A stretch of 56,267 nucleotides of DNA from Bacteriovoracaceae bacterium (GCA_018649885.1 JABIHA010000059.1:1-56267), one strand, 5' to 3'. Counted from the stretch's first letter, positions 27,971-40,888 are shown. The notes: generated from the sequence alone by a model not told the origin. A program made the numbers and translations.

Positions 27971-29566
27971 GTGAGTAGTGCTATGGAAACTTCAGTAACA
28001 GATTGGTTTATCTACCAGGGTGGGGGGCACCGCGGTCCCTATAAATTTCATGAAATTGAAAGTAAGTACAATAGTGGCAGCTTAAATGCTGAAACATTTC
28101 TATGGAGTGAAGGTCTTACAGATTGGTATACCTTCGATGAAATCTCTTCAACAGAGCATCTTCCATTAAACCCTACTGACAGTGATCTTTTTTCTGATGA
28201 AATAGCTTCTGAGCAACAAGCTCTTGTGGGCCAGCACACATCAAGTCGCTATCTTGAGTTAGAAAAATTGATGACCAAAGAATTAGTGGAAATGGAGACT
28301 GAGAAAATCATTAAGCTCCAAAGAGGAACTGGTAAAAAAGAGAATTTTGGAAACTATCTAGATTTTATAGAGAACTTTGACCGAGAGGTGGCCTGTGAGA
28401 TTTCACCTCTTATTGCTGGACATCAGTCTCAGTTTTTTGCAGATGAAAATAGCCCTGGTTTTTTTCAGTTAAAGCAGGATATTGACCATGGTCTGATAGA
28501 CGTTAACCGAGTTGTGCCACAGCCCTATGTGGGATTTAACTGGGAGCTAAAAAAGAAGACTCCCTGGTTGTCACTGGCCTTTTTAATTTTAGGAGTCACA
28601 GCAGGGATATTTTTCCATAAATATCAAAGTGGAAATAATCTAGTGGACCAAACTTTTAAAATCAAAAAGCCTATTGGACTTCCACTTAATCAATTCGATA
28701 AATTAAAAAAGACTGCAGGACTTGTTGATTTAGATCCTAAGGTAGATTTTGGGTTTGGAAAAAACCTTGAAACAATTTGGATGGCCACAAATTTGCCAGG
28801 AAAAAGAGCTCTTAAATTAAGACTTGTGTCCCTGCAAGATGAAGTTCTCTCCATGTCTCAGGTTGAGGCCCATGCTACAGGAGTCTTGAATAGTCACATG
28901 GCCAAATTTAGCTCTTTTGAAATGCTCAGTGGGAAAAAAATTGTTCCCGGCGTTTATAAAGTGATGGTTGAGGACAGACTCTATGGAGAGTTTGGTGAGA
29001 GTCAATCTGAAATTTTTAAAGTTGAAAAAATCTTCTTGCTTGGTTTTAAAAATCACAGTGAATTTCATAAAAAGTTGACTAAATTCCGCGGTAAAAAATA
29101 CAGAGCACTTATTATGAAGTTGGAAGATAGTAAGATGCAGTTCCTCACTGTCAAAGAGGCGATCAATAGATATAAAGACGATTTTTATAGAGACCTAAGG
29201 TTGTTTAAAACGGGCAGAGAATTTATCGATTCCACTAAAAATTACCAATTCAGTCTAGGTCCACTACTCACTAGTTTTAAAATGGATAGTGACAAAGACT
29301 ATGCCAAGTGGAAAAATATATATCCAAAGCTTTCTCCTTATTACAAAGCTCTGGGTAGAGTTTCAAAGGGTGCAGCCGAGATGATAACTTCAGAGTTATC
29401 TCTACTTCGTTCCAACAAGGATCTCTCGCTTAGTACCAAAGCGAGAGTGAAAAAAAGGCTGAGAAAAAACTTTAGAGAACTTGAAGCGGAAATCCAAAAG
29501 CGTCTGGAAAAAATTGATGTTTTGGAAAAGAGAATCCAGTTTCAACTAGAGGACCAAGCTCACTAA
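27971..29566 (+). CDS. GYF_2 (DUF4339)-domain membrane protein with helical C-terminus
   Basis: WFIY...GPY...LWSEGLTDW N-terminal motif; single TM helix near aa 200. Confidence 0.75.
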   Translation: MSSAMETSVTDWFIYQGGGHRGPYKFHEIESKYNSGSLNAETFLWSEGLTDWYTFDEISSTEHLPLNPTDSDLFSDEIASEQQALVGQHTSSRYLELEKLMTKELVEMETEKIIKLQRGTGKKENFGNYLDFIENFDREVACEISPLIAGHQSQFFADENSPGFFQLKQDIDHGLIDVNRVVPQPYVGFNWELKKKTPWLSLAFLILGVTAGIFFHKYQSGNNLVDQTFKIKKPIGLPLNQFDKLKKTAGLVDLDPKVDFGFGKNLETIWMATNLPGKRALKLRLVSLQDEVLSMSQVEAHATGVLNSHMAKFSSFEMLSGKKIVPGVYKVMVEDRLYGEFGESQSEIFKVEKIFLLGFKNHSEFHKKLTKFRGKKYRALIMKLEDSKMQFLTVKEAINRYKDDFYRDLRLFKTGREFIDSTKNYQFSLGPLLTSFKMDSDKDYAKWKNIYPKLSPYYKALGRVSKGAAEMITSELSLLRSNKDLSLSTKARVKKRLRKNFRELEAEIQKRLEKIDVLEKRIQFQLEDQAH

Positions 29567-30111
29567 TGCAGACAAAAAATTTTATCATCCTATTATCTCT
29601 TATTATTGTAGGTCTCTATTCGATACCCATAGAAAGTATTGGCGAGGCAAAGACTACTAAGAAGGCCCTTAAACGCCGCGGCCCCTCAGGTCTTGATAGA
29701 GAGTATAGACCCAGCAGAGTAGGCTGCTTTGGTCACCTAGGGGAGCTAGTGGGGATGAGGTGCACAGAGCAAAGAGTCGCCTTTGATATCCTAAAAACCC
29801 TCTTTGTCTCAAAAAAGAGGTCCTCAAAATCCAAGTTATATTCAGAGGTCGTTACACGAGCAAAATACTTTATTCGAAAAGAACAATTTGATTACTTCTC
29901 TGTTGTCTCTCTTATGCTCTTTCCTGTGCCAAAGCGCGAACAGTGGATAAAAAAGTTTGGCACCCTTCCTGGAAAGAGAGCGCCTTTCACTAGTATTGCA
30001 CTTGATAGAATTCACGGGAAAAAATCCACATACTGTCGCAAAAAGGGCAGGTATAAGGCGATACCCATTTTTCTCAAGGAAATCTGTACCCTCTCAGTCG
30101 ATAAAATTTAG
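29566..30111 (+). CDS. Hypothetical basic exported protein
   Basis: TAATG overlap with the upstream stop; N-terminal hydrophobic segment. Confidence 0.6.
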   Translation: MQTKNFIILLSLIIVGLYSIPIESIGEAKTTKKALKRRGPSGLDREYRPSRVGCFGHLGELVGMRCTEQRVAFDILKTLFVSKKRSSKSKLYSEVVTRAKYFIRKEQFDYFSVVSLMLFPVPKREQWIKKFGTLPGKRAPFTSIALDRIHGKKSTYCRKKGRYKAIPIFLKEICTLSVDKI

Positions 30112-30274
30112 TGTTTTTAGGTGCAATGCACCTGGAGAGAAAAGAATGCTGGAAGCTTAGTTAAAAGAGTATTATATTTAGATAACTATTTAAAATGGCT
30201 CCAATAAAATAAATTATCTCATTGCCTGGCTTTGAGATTTTTTTGTTTAGGCCGTTAAAAATGATGGAGAAAAA

Positions 30275-31447
30275 ATGAACGTTCATGAGTATCAGGCCAA
30301 GGAACTAATGAGAGAATTCGGCATTAGCGTTCTTGGAGGTCAAGTCGCCACAACAGCTGATGAAGCTATGAAAGCAGCAGAAGCGTTGGGTGGAAGTGTA
30401 TGGGTTGTTAAGGCCCAAATCCACGCGGGCGGAAGAGGAAAAGGCGGAGGCGTTAAGATTGCAAAGTCTCTCGATGAGGTTAAGGCCCATGCAGAGTCTA
30501 TCCTTGGTATGAACTTAATTACTCATCAGACTGGACCTGAGGGTAAAGAAGTCGGGAAAGTTTTTGTAGAGCAAGGATGTGATATTGACCACGAATACTA
30601 TGTGGGCATAGTCCTCGACCGGAATACGAGCAAGATAACTTTCATGGCCTCTAGTGAAGGCGGCGTAGAAATTGAAAAAGTAGCCGAAGAGACACCTGAA
30701 AAGATTATTAAAGCTTCAGTTGATCCATCTGTAGGTTTTTCTCCTTATATTGGTAGAAAGCTTGCTTATGCCATAGGACTTAAAGGCGATAGTGTTAAAA
30801 AAGCTGTTAAATTTTTTGAGGGACTATACAACATGTATATTGCCAAGGATTGTTCAATAGCAGAAATCAATCCTCTTGTTTCTACAAAAGACGGGGATAT
30901 CATTGCTCTCGATGCCAAAATAAACTTTGATGATAATGCGCTTATGAGGCACCCAGAGATTGAAGCTCTGAGAGATGTAACTGAAGAAAGCTCTCAAGAG
31001 CTAGATGCCGCAAAGTACGGACTGAGCTATATTTCACTCGATGGTAATATCGGATGCCTTGTAAACGGCGCAGGTCTTGCCATGGGAACAATGGATATTA
31101 TTACTCTTAAAGGTGGAAGCCCTGCTAACTTTTTAGATGTTGGTGGCTCTGCTAATAAGGAAGCTGTTGAAAAAGCTTTCTCCATTATTCTAGAAGACAA
31201 AAATGTTAAGGCCATTATGGTAAATATTTTTGGTGGAATTATGAAGTGTGACATTATTGCAGAAGGGGTAGTCGCAGCTGCCAAATCACTAGAGTTAAAA
31301 GTTCCACTAGTTGTAAGGCTAGAGGGAACCAATGTTGCTATCGGAAAGAAAATCTTGAATGATTCAGGTTTAAAGATTACTGCAGCCGATGGTTTAGACG
31401 ATGCGGCCACAAAAGCGGTTGCAGCAGCTGAAGGCAAGGAGGTATAG
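30275..31447 (+). CDS. sucC: Succinyl-CoA ligase beta subunit
   Basis: [48 protein letters not shown]. Confidence 0.98.
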   Translation: MNVHEYQAKELMREFGISVLGGQVATTADEAMKAAEALGGSVWVVKAQIHAGGRGKGGGVKIAKSLDEVKAHAESILGMNLITHQTGPEGKEVGKVFVEQGCDIDHEYYVGIVLDRNTSKITFMASSEGGVEIEKVAEETPEKIIKASVDPSVGFSPYIGRKLAYAIGLKGDSVKKAVKFFEGLYNMYIAKDCSIAEINPLVSTKDGDIIALDAKINFDDNALMRHPEIEALRDVTEESSQELDAAKYGLSYISLDGNIGCLVNGAGLAMGTMDIITLKGGSPANFLDVGGSANKEAVEKAFSIILEDKNVKAIMVNIFGGIMKCDIIAEGVVAAAKSLELKVPLVVRLEGTNVAIGKKILNDSGLKITAADGLDDAATKAVAAAEGKEV

Positions 31448-31448
31448 G

Positions 31449-32321
31449 GGGGCAATTTTAATAAATAGAGACACCAAACTTTTTACTGTTGGCTATACAG
31501 GCAAGCAAGGTACTTTTCATTCGTTGCAATCTAAGGATTACGGCACTCAATTTGTGGGTGGAGTGACTCCTGGAAAGGGTGGAGTGATGCATGAAGGCCA
31601 TCCAGTTTTTAATTCAACAGCTGAGTGTGTTGACAAAACTGGGGCAGACGCCGCCATGATTTTTGTTCCACCACCATTCGCGGCTGACGCCATCATGGAG
31701 TGTGTGGATGCCGAGGTTCCTCTGATCGTAGCGATCACAGAAGGAATTCCTATTAACGATATGGTTAAGGTAAAAGCTGCCGTCCAAAATTCAAAATCAA
31801 GACTCATTGGTCCCAATTGCCCAGGATTAATAACTCCGGGAGAGTGTAAAATTGGTATCATGCCAGGCCATATTCATATGCCGGGAAGAGTGGGTGTGAT
31901 TTCAAGGTCGGGAACTCTAACGTATGAAGCCGTTTATCAATTAACACAAAGAGAAATTGGTCAAAGTACCTGTGTTGGTATTGGTGGAGATCCTGTAAAC
32001 GGGACAAATTTTATCGATGTTCTAAAATTATTTAATGCTGATCCAGACACTGATGCAGTTATTATGATTGGTGAAATCGGTGGAAGTGCAGAGACTGATG
32101 CAGCGAAATGGATTCAAGATAATATGAAAAAACCAGTAGTTAGCTTTATTGCTGGGGCTTCTGCTCCCAAAGGTAAGCGAATGGGACATGCTGGAGCTAT
32201 CATATCAGGCGGCGATGATACTGCTGAATCCAAGTTTAGAGTTCTTGAGGAGTGCGGCATATGCGTTGCTAGGTCTCCTGCCGAGCTTGGACAAAAGGTT
32301 GAAGAAGTTCTCAAACAGTAA
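31449..32321 (+). CDS. sucD: Succinyl-CoA ligase alpha subunit; expected start codon reads GGG
   Basis: AILIN..., [39 protein letters not shown] at 31436-31442 points to codon 31449. Confidence 0.95.
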   Translation, partial: GAILINRDTKLFTVGYTGKQGTFHSLQSKDYGTQFVGGVTPGKGGVMHEGHPVFNSTAECVDKTGADAAMIFVPPPFAADAIMECVDAEVPLIVAITEGIPINDMVKVKAAVQNSKSRLIGPNCPGLITPGECKIGIMPGHIHMPGRVGVISRSGTLTYEAVYQLTQREIGQSTCVGIGGDPVNGTNFIDVLKLFNADPDTDAVIMIGEIGGSAETDAAKWIQDNMKKPVVSFIAGASAPKGKRMGHAGAIISGGDDTAESKFRVLEECGICVARSPAELGQKVEEVLKQ

Positions 32322-32410
32322 TCTTTTTGGTATTACTGCCTAAAAACTAGATAAATTATAGAATGTGGTCTTGGAAAATCTAAGACCACCTCTTCCTAAA
32401 GGAGTAAGTT

Positions 32411-32839
32411 ATGGCCATAGAGCGGACGTTTAGCATTATTAAGCCTAATGCGGTTGAAGATAATAATATTGGAAATATCATCTCAAAATTTGAAAAAGAA
32501 GGCCTAAGTATTGCTGCTGCAAAATTTTGCCATCTTTCAAAAGAAAAAGCTGAAGGCTTTTATATTGAACATAAAGAAAGACCATTTTTTGGCTCTCTTG
32601 TTTCTTTCATGGTTTCTGCACCTGTAATGCTTATGGTTCTTGAAGGCGAAAATGCTGTTACAAGAAACAGAGAAATTATGGGAGCAACTAATCCTTCAGA
32701 AGCTGAAGAGGGAACTCTTAGAAAGCTATATGCTAAGTCTATTGAGGCCAACGCTGTTCATGGCTCTGATTCACTGACTTCTGCAGAAAGAGAAATTTCA
32801 TATTTCTTCGAAAAAACCGAAATCTATTCTCGCAACTAA
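32411..32839 (+). CDS. ndk: Nucleoside diphosphate kinase
   Basis: [23 protein letters not shown]. Confidence 0.98.
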   Translation: MAIERTFSIIKPNAVEDNNIGNIISKFEKEGLSIAAAKFCHLSKEKAEGFYIEHKERPFFGSLVSFMVSAPVMLMVLEGENAVTRNREIMGATNPSEAEEGTLRKLYAKSIEANAVHGSDSLTSAEREISYFFEKTEIYSRN

Positions 32840-32845
32840 ATAATC

Positions 32846-32887
32846 GAGCTAGCAAAGTGCGCGAGTGCACTTTGCTAGCTCTTATTT
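32846..32887 (+). terminator. Strong hairpin or terminator after ndk
   Basis: 15-bp perfect stem GAGCTAGCAAAGTGC/GCACTTTGCTAGCTC followed by TTATTT. Confidence 0.8.
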
Positions 32888-32896
32888 ACCAACCTC

Positions 32897-34144
32897 ATGA
32901 AAAACAAAATCACAAATTATCTAAATAAAGGCCGACAACTTGGTCCAGGAATCGCTGTTGCTGCAACTGGAGTAGGGGCGGGTGACATGGTTGCCGCAGC
33001 AATGGCCTCCCAGCAGTATGGTTTGAGCGTGGCATGGGCCGTGGTGGTTGGTTCTATTTTGAAATATTTTATTAGCGAAGGTCTTGGAAGATGGCAGTTG
33101 TGCACAGATATGTCACTGCTAGAAGGCTGGATGACTCACCTTGGAGGGTGGGTACGTTATTACTTTGGGTTTTATTTAGTTGTTTGGACTTTCATTGTTT
33201 GCGGGGCCTTGATTGTGGCCACCGGACTTGCCGTTCATGCTATGTTTCCCATTATCTCAGTTCCTGTGGCGGGAGTCGTTCACTCACTGATTGCTCTGGT
33301 ACTTGTTTGGTATGGGGGCTACCATCACTTTGAATCCCTGATGAAAGTTTTTATTGGTGGCATGTTTTTTAGCTTCATCATATGTGCCTTTTGGGTTCGC
33401 CCTTTCCATCAAAGTTTTGCAGATATGTTTACACTGATGGCGCTTCCAGCTGGTTCCACCAAATTAGTTATAGCGACTATAGGTGGAGTGGGTGGAACCC
33501 TCACCATACTTAGTTATGGCCACTGGATAGGAGAAAAGGGTTGGAAAGGGGAGAGTTATCTCACTCTCATGAGAACTGACCTAAAAATAGCCTACTCTCT
33601 CACTGGTCTTTTTGCATTTTGCTTGATGGTTATGGCCTCAGAAACTCTTCACAAAAGTGGAATGAGTGTTTCAGGCGCAAAGGGTGCTTTAATGATGGCA
33701 TCAATGCTTGAGCAGAAGATGGGTCTTTTTGGAAAATATACTTTTTTATTGGGTTTTTGGGCCGCGACTTTCACTTCAGTACTTGGGGTTTGGCAAAGTG
33801 TACCTCTCATTTTTTGTGACTTTGTAAGGCTTTTGGATACTAAGTTTTCTAAGGGTGTAGTGATTTCAAGTAAAGGCAGTTGGTTTAGAGGCTATCTTCT
33901 ATTTTTATCGATCATTCCCCTAGTGTTATTATTTTACAAAAAGCCTTTTGGGCTTATAATTTTATATTCAATTGTAGGGGCCATGTTCATGCCATTTATT
34001 GCAGGAACTCTACTTTGGATGAACTCTAAAAAGAAGTGGATAGGTGAAAGGGGAGTCAGTGGGCCACTAGCAAAATGTGTGCTATCGATTTGTCTCCTTC
34101 TCTTTGTCGCACTCAGTATTAACTCCCTTGTAAGGCATCTTTGA
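32897..34144 (+). CDS. NRAMP-like divalent metal transporter
   Basis: LGPGIAVAATGVGAGD, LKYFISEGLGRW; many TM helices. Confidence 0.8.
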   Translation: MKNKITNYLNKGRQLGPGIAVAATGVGAGDMVAAAMASQQYGLSVAWAVVVGSILKYFISEGLGRWQLCTDMSLLEGWMTHLGGWVRYYFGFYLVVWTFIVCGALIVATGLAVHAMFPIISVPVAGVVHSLIALVLVWYGGYHHFESLMKVFIGGMFFSFIICAFWVRPFHQSFADMFTLMALPAGSTKLVIATIGGVGGTLTILSYGHWIGEKGWKGESYLTLMRTDLKIAYSLTGLFAFCLMVMASETLHKSGMSVSGAKGALMMASMLEQKMGLFGKYTFLLGFWAATFTSVLGVWQSVPLIFCDFVRLLDTKFSKGVVISSKGSWFRGYLLFLSIIPLVLLFYKKPFGLIILYSIVGAMFMPFIAGTLLWMNSKKKWIGERGVSGPLAKCVLSICLLLFVALSINSLVRHL

Positions 34145-34147
34145 TGA

Positions 34148-35185
<1,038 letters not shown>

Positions 35186-35390
35186 ATAGTTTCGCTGCAG
35201 TTTGCCTTTTTACTTTTGTCTTTTGAAGGTAGAATCGCCACTCGCTGTAATCAGCGGTTGCCCAGGGAGGTTGACGGTTTAATCGGCAGTTACACCCTGT
35301 AAAAATTACGTAAGCTTATGAAATCACTTGTTTTAATGCGATGCATAAGGTACAAATAGAAGGTACCATTTTGCACATTGGGAGTCTTGT

Positions 35391-35864
35391 ATGTATGCTG
35401 CTGGCGATTATGTTGTTTGTCCTGGTCATGGGGTTGGGCAAGTTTTTGACGTTGAAGTCAAAGAAGTTGGCGGTTCCTCAATTTCCTTCTACATAGTAAA
35501 AGTTATCGCAAATGGTATGACCATTATGATTCCTCTCGATTCAAAAGATGGCATTAGAGTTCTTGCTCAAAATGCAGAAATCGAGCAAGTATTTTGTCTT
35601 TTATCAGATCACGATATAACTGTTGATACCTCTACTTGGAATAGAAGACATAGAGAGTATCTCGCCAAAATTAAAACAGGCTCACTCATCGAAATTGCCG
35701 ACGTACTTAGATCACTATTTCTTCTTAAGCACAGAAAGGCCCTAAGTTTCGGAGAGCGAAAAATGCTTGAGCTATGCAAAGAGCTTTTGGTCAAAGAAAT
35801 CGCTATTTCTCAAGGTAGCGAAGAGCTCTGTGTATCAGGTCGCATCGAAGAGTGCTTCCAGTAA
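35391..35864 (+). CDS. carD: CarD-family transcription factor
   Basis: GDYVVCPGHGVG, WNRRHRE...KIKTG, LSFGERKML. Confidence 0.9.
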   Translation: MYAAGDYVVCPGHGVGQVFDVEVKEVGGSSISFYIVKVIANGMTIMIPLDSKDGIRVLAQNAEIEQVFCLLSDHDITVDTSTWNRRHREYLAKIKTGSLIEIADVLRSLFLLKHRKALSFGERKMLELCKELLVKEIAISQGSEELCVSGRIEECFQ

Positions 35865-35974
35865 GCCCAAACTAGAATCCACTAAATTAGGTTATATTCA
35901 CATCCATTGAATTTTGGTAAAATCTGCTCTGCCAGGCCCTCTATTTTGGAATTGGGCCTTTAGACGGAGACACC

Positions 35975-37399
35975 ATGTCAGTAAGAGTTCGATTCGCCCC
36001 CAGCCCTACGGGAAACCTCCATATTGGAAATGCCAGAACAGCGCTTTATAACTATCTGTATGCAAAAGCATCATCTGGAGTTTTTGTTCTCAGAGTAGAG
36101 GATACAGACCAGGAAAGATCTAAAAAAGAATTTGAAGATTCTCAAATGTCCGACTTGGCCTGGCTGGGAATTGAGTTTGATGAAGGACCTAATAACCCAG
36201 GAGAGTTTGGACCATACCGCCAAAGCGAGAGACTGGAAATTTACGACGAGTACGCTCAAAAACTGATGGCGGAGGGCAATGCTTACCACTGCTTTTGTTC
36301 AACTGAGCTTCTCGAGGCCAAAAAGGCCAAGGCCATAGAGGCCGGCGTTGATCCCCAATATGATGGAACTTGCAGGGGACTTTCTGCTGATGAAGTTTCT
36401 ACCAAAAAAGAGGCAGGCGAGTCCTTTGTGATTCGATTTCGCGCTCCTGATAAAGGTTATAAATTATGTGATCATGTTCGAGGTGAGGTCAATTTCCCCG
36501 CTGGAATGGTTGGCGATTTTGTTTTAGTGAGAAGTGGGGGACTTCCCATTTATAACTTTGCTTGTGTGGTAGATGATATGCTGATGAAAATCACCCACGT
36601 CATTAGAGGCGAAGATCACCTCAACAATACTCTTAGACAACTGATGCTATATGAGGCCCTTGGCTCAACTGCACCTGAGTTTGCTCATGCTTCACTTCTT
36701 ATAGGAAGTGATCGCCAAAAATTGTCAAAAAGGCATGGGGCCACTTCCGTCGCCCAATACAAAGAGGGCAGGTATCTTCCTCAGGCCCTGACCAATTATC
36801 TGTGTCTTTTAGGATGGTCTCACCCCGATGAACTCGATGTCTTTTCACTAGGGGATCTAGAGAGTGTTTTTTCAATTGATCGCTTTAACAAAGCTGCTGC
36901 CATTTATGACCTAGAAAAACTGGCTTATATTAATGGCCAACATCTAAGAAAAATGGATGACTTAGAAATATTTGGAAGACTTGATACGAAAGAGCTAGAG
37001 TGCACGGATAAGAGCGATGAGTGGAAAATCAAGATGGTCACTCTCTTTAAAAAGGACGCCAATTTTTTCAGCGATATTGAAGACAAACTATCTCTTATTT
37101 TTGGACTAGATGTTGAAAATAGTGAAGAGGTAGCTGAAGTTCAAGGTTGGGAGAGTACAACTTCCATCCGAAATTATGTGGGAGAAAAATTGGCCAGCAT
37201 GGATGGTGAATACCTTCGCTCTGAGGATCTTAAGTCTTGGATGGGTGAGCTAAAATCTGAATTTAAAATAAAAGGTAAAGAGCTTTTTAAGGGGTTGAGG
37301 GTTGTCCTTACAGGAAGGGCCCATGGGCCTGACCTCGGTGAATTGGTGACACTCACAACCCTTACAATTCTTAAAAAAAGGGTGAGCAATGCCAACTGA
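35975..37399 (+). CDS. gltX: Glutamate--tRNA ligase
   Basis: RFAPSPTG.LHIGN, THVIRGEDH, KLSKR. Confidence 0.97.
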   Translation: MSVRVRFAPSPTGNLHIGNARTALYNYLYAKASSGVFVLRVEDTDQERSKKEFEDSQMSDLAWLGIEFDEGPNNPGEFGPYRQSERLEIYDEYAQKLMAEGNAYHCFCSTELLEAKKAKAIEAGVDPQYDGTCRGLSADEVSTKKEAGESFVIRFRAPDKGYKLCDHVRGEVNFPAGMVGDFVLVRSGGLPIYNFACVVDDMLMKITHVIRGEDHLNNTLRQLMLYEALGSTAPEFAHASLLIGSDRQKLSKRHGATSVAQYKEGRYLPQALTNYLCLLGWSHPDELDVFSLGDLESVFSIDRFNKAAAIYDLEKLAYINGQHLRKMDDLEIFGRLDTKELECTDKSDEWKIKMVTLFKKDANFFSDIEDKLSLIFGLDVENSEEVAEVQGWESTTSIRNYVGEKLASMDGEYLRSEDLKSWMGELKSEFKIKGKELFKGLRVVLTGRAHGPDLGELVTLTTLTILKKRVSNAN

Positions 37400-38840
37400 G
37401 TTAAAGATCTTTAATAATCTGACACGAAAAAAAGAGGTTTTCACTCCTCAAGATCCAAAAAATGTTAGGTACTACTCATGTGGTCCTACAACTTATAATT
37501 TTTTACATGTGGGAAATGCTCGGGCCGCAGTTGTGGGCGACTTGTTCAACAGAGTTCTACGCGCCTTGGGTTTTGGTGTCACTTTTGTAAGAAACTTTAC
37601 CGATGTAGATGACAAAATTATTGAGGCAGCTGCAAAACGCGGAATTGGTGCTATTGAGCATGCAGCTGAGTTTGTTGAAGAGTGTAAAAAAGATTATCTA
37701 TCCCTTGGTATGATGGAGCCTGACTTTAGTCCAAAGGTCTCTGAAACCATGCCAGAAATAATATCTATGATTGAGCAAATTATTGAAAATGGTTTTGGCT
37801 ACGTTATAGACGGAGAAGTTTTTTACGAAGTTCCAAAAAAAGCTGATTACGGAAAGCTATCTAAGAAAAAGCTAGATGATCTCCAACATGGAAAACGAGT
37901 GGGAGTAGATGAGAAGAAGAGAAATCCTGCTGATTTTGTATTGTGGAAACCTGCAAAAAAAGGAGAGCCCAGCTGGGAGTCTCCGTGGGGAGCAGGAAGA
38001 CCTGGCTGGCATATTGAATGCTCTGCTATGAATAGAAAAATTTTAGGAGATACAATTGACTTACATCATGGGGGAATTGACTTAATGTTTCCCCATCATG
38101 AAAACGAAATTGCTCAAAGTGAGGCCGCCAATTCAAAGCAGTTTTGCCTTTATTGGGCCCATAACGAATTTTTGAATATGGGGTCTGAAAAAATGTCCAA
38201 GTCTCTTGGTAATGTGATTACCATTAGAAAATTTGTGGAGACATATGGTGGACAAGTATTAAGACAACTCTTGGTTGGAGTGCACTACCGATCTGTCATG
38301 GAATGGACAGATGAGGTTGTCGAAAGGGCCATGAGTGATGTGGAGAGAATTCACGAGTTTGTTCTAGAGCTTGAGAAAGCGGGGAGAGAGGGCGAGGCAA
38401 GTGAAGATGTGATTAGTAAATTTGAGGCCATAAAACCTGCAATGGAAAAAGATCTAGCAAATGATTTTAATGTTCCAGGAGCTCTTTCGCATTTTTTCAC
38501 AATGATAAGAGATTTGAGAAGAGAAGTTTTAACTAAAGGGACAATCCCGGAAAATCTGTCCGTCGTAATAGGTGAAGTCATTAACTTTTCCAACCATGCT
38601 CTCGGCGTGATTGACCCCGATCCAGTGTCAGTTTTAGCTGGACTTCAGTCCACAAAGAAGGCCCTTAAAGGTGGCGGTAAATTTAGTGATGCTGAAATCG
38701 AGGATTTAATAAGGCAAAGGAAACAGGCCCGCGCGGATAAAAATTGGTCCCGTGCAGATGAGTTGAGAGATATTTTTAAAGAAAATGGAATTGTTTTAAA
38801 AGATCGTCCCGATGGGACCACTACTTGGGGCCATGAGTAA
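37389..38840 (+). CDS. cysS: Cysteine--tRNA ligase
   Basis: CGPT, HVGN, GRPGWHIECSAM, FPHHENE, KMSKS. Confidence 0.98.
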   Translation: MPTELKIFNNLTRKKEVFTPQDPKNVRYYSCGPTTYNFLHVGNARAAVVGDLFNRVLRALGFGVTFVRNFTDVDDKIIEAAAKRGIGAIEHAAEFVEECKKDYLSLGMMEPDFSPKVSETMPEIISMIEQIIENGFGYVIDGEVFYEVPKKADYGKLSKKKLDDLQHGKRVGVDEKKRNPADFVLWKPAKKGEPSWESPWGAGRPGWHIECSAMNRKILGDTIDLHHGGIDLMFPHHENEIAQSEAANSKQFCLYWAHNEFLNMGSEKMSKSLGNVITIRKFVETYGGQVLRQLLVGVHYRSVMEWTDEVVERAMSDVERIHEFVLELEKAGREGEASEDVISKFEAIKPAMEKDLANDFNVPGALSHFFTMIRDLRREVLTKGTIPENLSVVIGEVINFSNHALGVIDPDPVSVLAGLQSTKKALKGGGKFSDAEIEDLIRQRKQARADKNWSRADELRDIFKENGIVLKDRPDGTTTWGHE

Positions 38841-40844
38841 GTGGGGGGATTTAAATTAAAAAGTAAGTTCAAACCCACCGGAGATCAGCCCGAGGCCATA
38901 AAGCAGCTGGTTGATGCATTTACTAGGGGTAAAAAAAAACAAACTCTTTTAGGTGTGACTGGATCTGGGAAAACTTTTACCATGGCCAATATCATTGCTC
39001 AGCTTGGTAAGAAGGCCCTAATATTAGCACCTAATAAAACTCTTGCGGCCCAATTATTCTCGGAATTTCGCGAATTCTTTCCAGAAAATGCAGTTGAATA
39101 CTTTGTCTCTTATTATGACTACTATCAACCAGAAGCTTATGTTCCAGGATCTGATACTTATATAGAAAAAGATTCTTCCATCAATGATGAAATTGATAAA
39201 CTCAAGCACTCTGCTACAAGGAGTCTCCTCGAAAGAGATGATGTTATCGTTGTGGCCAGTGTTAGTTGTATTTATGGTATTGGCTCTCCAGACGAATATC
39301 TCTCTCACAGAGTTTCACTATATGTTGATGATGAATGCGATCGCGACGAGCTCATAAGAGAGCTGGTTTCCATGCAATACACTCGCAATGATATTGATTT
39401 TTCCAGGGGAACCTTTAGGGTTAGAGGAGATGTGTTAGAAGTTTTTCCTGCCCATGAAGATTCACAAGTAATACGCATTGAATTCTTTGATGACCTAGTT
39501 GAAGGAATTTTCCTGGTAGATCCGCTAAGAGGAAAGATCTTACAAGATTTAAAAAAGACCACTATATATCCTTCGAGTCACTACGTCGTGGGCAAAGAAA
39601 AGCTAAAGGTGGCCATGGGGACGATTCAAGAAGAGCTCCGGGAAAGAATCAATTATTTTCAAAAGGAAAATAAGCTAGTAGAAAAACAACGAATTGAGCA
39701 AAGAACACTTCTTGATTTGGAGATGCTCGATGAACTTGGATACTGCAATGGGATTGAAAATTATTCAAGGCATATCACAGCTTCAAATATTGGAGACCCT
39801 CCGCCAACTCTGATAGATTATTTTGGTGATGATTTTATCATGATTATTGATGAGTCTCACATTGCCGTTTCTCAAGTTGGTGGAATGTTCAGAGGAGATC
39901 GGGCCAGAAAAATGAATTTAGTTGATTTTGGATTTCGTCTTCCAAGCGCTCTCGACAATAGACCCTTAAATTTTGACGAGTTTGAAAGTAAGATTGATCA
40001 AACTCTATACGTATCAGCGACCCCGGGAGATTATGAACTCTCAGAAACCGGAGGTGAGTATGTTGAGCAGATCATTAGACCTACAGGTCTTCTCGATCCG
40101 TTAGTTGAGGTGAGAAGCGCCAATACTCAAGTTGATGATCTTTTAATTGAGTCTAAAAAGGTTATTTCTTCTGGGTTTCGAGTGCTTGTAACAACACTGA
40201 CTAAAAAAATGGCAGAGGAGCTGACAAATTTTTACAAAGGGGCCGGTTTGAAGGTGAGGTATCTTCATTCTGATATAGACACCCTCGAGAGAATGGAAAT
40301 TTTGCGTGACTTGAGACTGGGCGAGTTTGATATCTTAGTGGGGATCAACCTTTTACGAGAAGGACTTGATTTACCTGAAGTCGCACTTGTGGCCATTTTG
40401 GATGCTGATAAAGAAGGGTTTTTAAGATCTATCAGGTCTCTTATTCAAACAATAGGAAGGGCCGCAAGAAATAGTGAAGGAAGGGTTATCCTCTACGCCA
40501 ATAAAATGACCAAGAGTATGGAGAAGGCCATCTATGAGACAAAGAGAAGAAGAGAAATTCAAACGGCTCTCAATGAAAAAGAAGGCATTGTTCCTGCAAC
40601 TGTCATCAAAGAGGTTTCAGGGGGCATTATTGATGTTTTATCAAAAAATAAGAAGGCCTATGGGCACCTTAAAAATCAAATGAATAAAAACAAAGAAGTC
40701 GGTCTTTCTCCAGGAGAGATCGATTCAAAAATAAAAGATTTAAAAAATCTGATGAAAGCAGCGGCCAAAGACCTTAGATTTGAAGAAGCTGCACAAGTAC
40801 GAGACGAAATAAAATTACTTGAGGAAGCAAGACTAATCCTATAA
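38841..40844 (+). CDS. uvrB: Excinuclease ABC subunit B
   Basis: [42 protein letters not shown]-terminal UVR domain. Confidence 0.98.
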   Translation: MGGFKLKSKFKPTGDQPEAIKQLVDAFTRGKKKQTLLGVTGSGKTFTMANIIAQLGKKALILAPNKTLAAQLFSEFREFFPENAVEYFVSYYDYYQPEAYVPGSDTYIEKDSSINDEIDKLKHSATRSLLERDDVIVVASVSCIYGIGSPDEYLSHRVSLYVDDECDRDELIRELVSMQYTRNDIDFSRGTFRVRGDVLEVFPAHEDSQVIRIEFFDDLVEGIFLVDPLRGKILQDLKKTTIYPSSHYVVGKEKLKVAMGTIQEELRERINYFQKENKLVEKQRIEQRTLLDLEMLDELGYCNGIENYSRHITASNIGDPPPTLIDYFGDDFIMIIDESHIAVSQVGGMFRGDRARKMNLVDFGFRLPSALDNRPLNFDEFESKIDQTLYVSATPGDYELSETGGEYVEQIIRPTGLLDPLVEVRSANTQVDDLLIESKKVISSGFRVLVTTLTKKMAEELTNFYKGAGLKVRYLHSDIDTLERMEILRDLRLGEFDILVGINLLREGLDLPEVALVAILDADKEGFLRSIRSLIQTIGRAARNSEGRVILYANKMTKSMEKAIYETKRRREIQTALNEKEGIVPATVIKEVSGGIIDVLSKNKKAYGHLKNQMNKNKEVGLSPGEIDSKIKDLKNLMKAAAKDLRFEEAAQVRDEIKLLEEARLIL

Positions 40845-40888
40845 CAGAGCTTTCTTCCACCTTTTTCTAGGTACTTAATTACAATACA

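Noticed and set aside
31401..31448. N-terminal extension of SucD from ATG 31401
   Set aside because: Lies inside sucC and is not SucD-like; the RBS points to 31449
32365..32389. Hairpin upstream of ndk as a riboswitch
   Set aside because: Single short stem with no aptamer features; more likely a terminator or UTR stem
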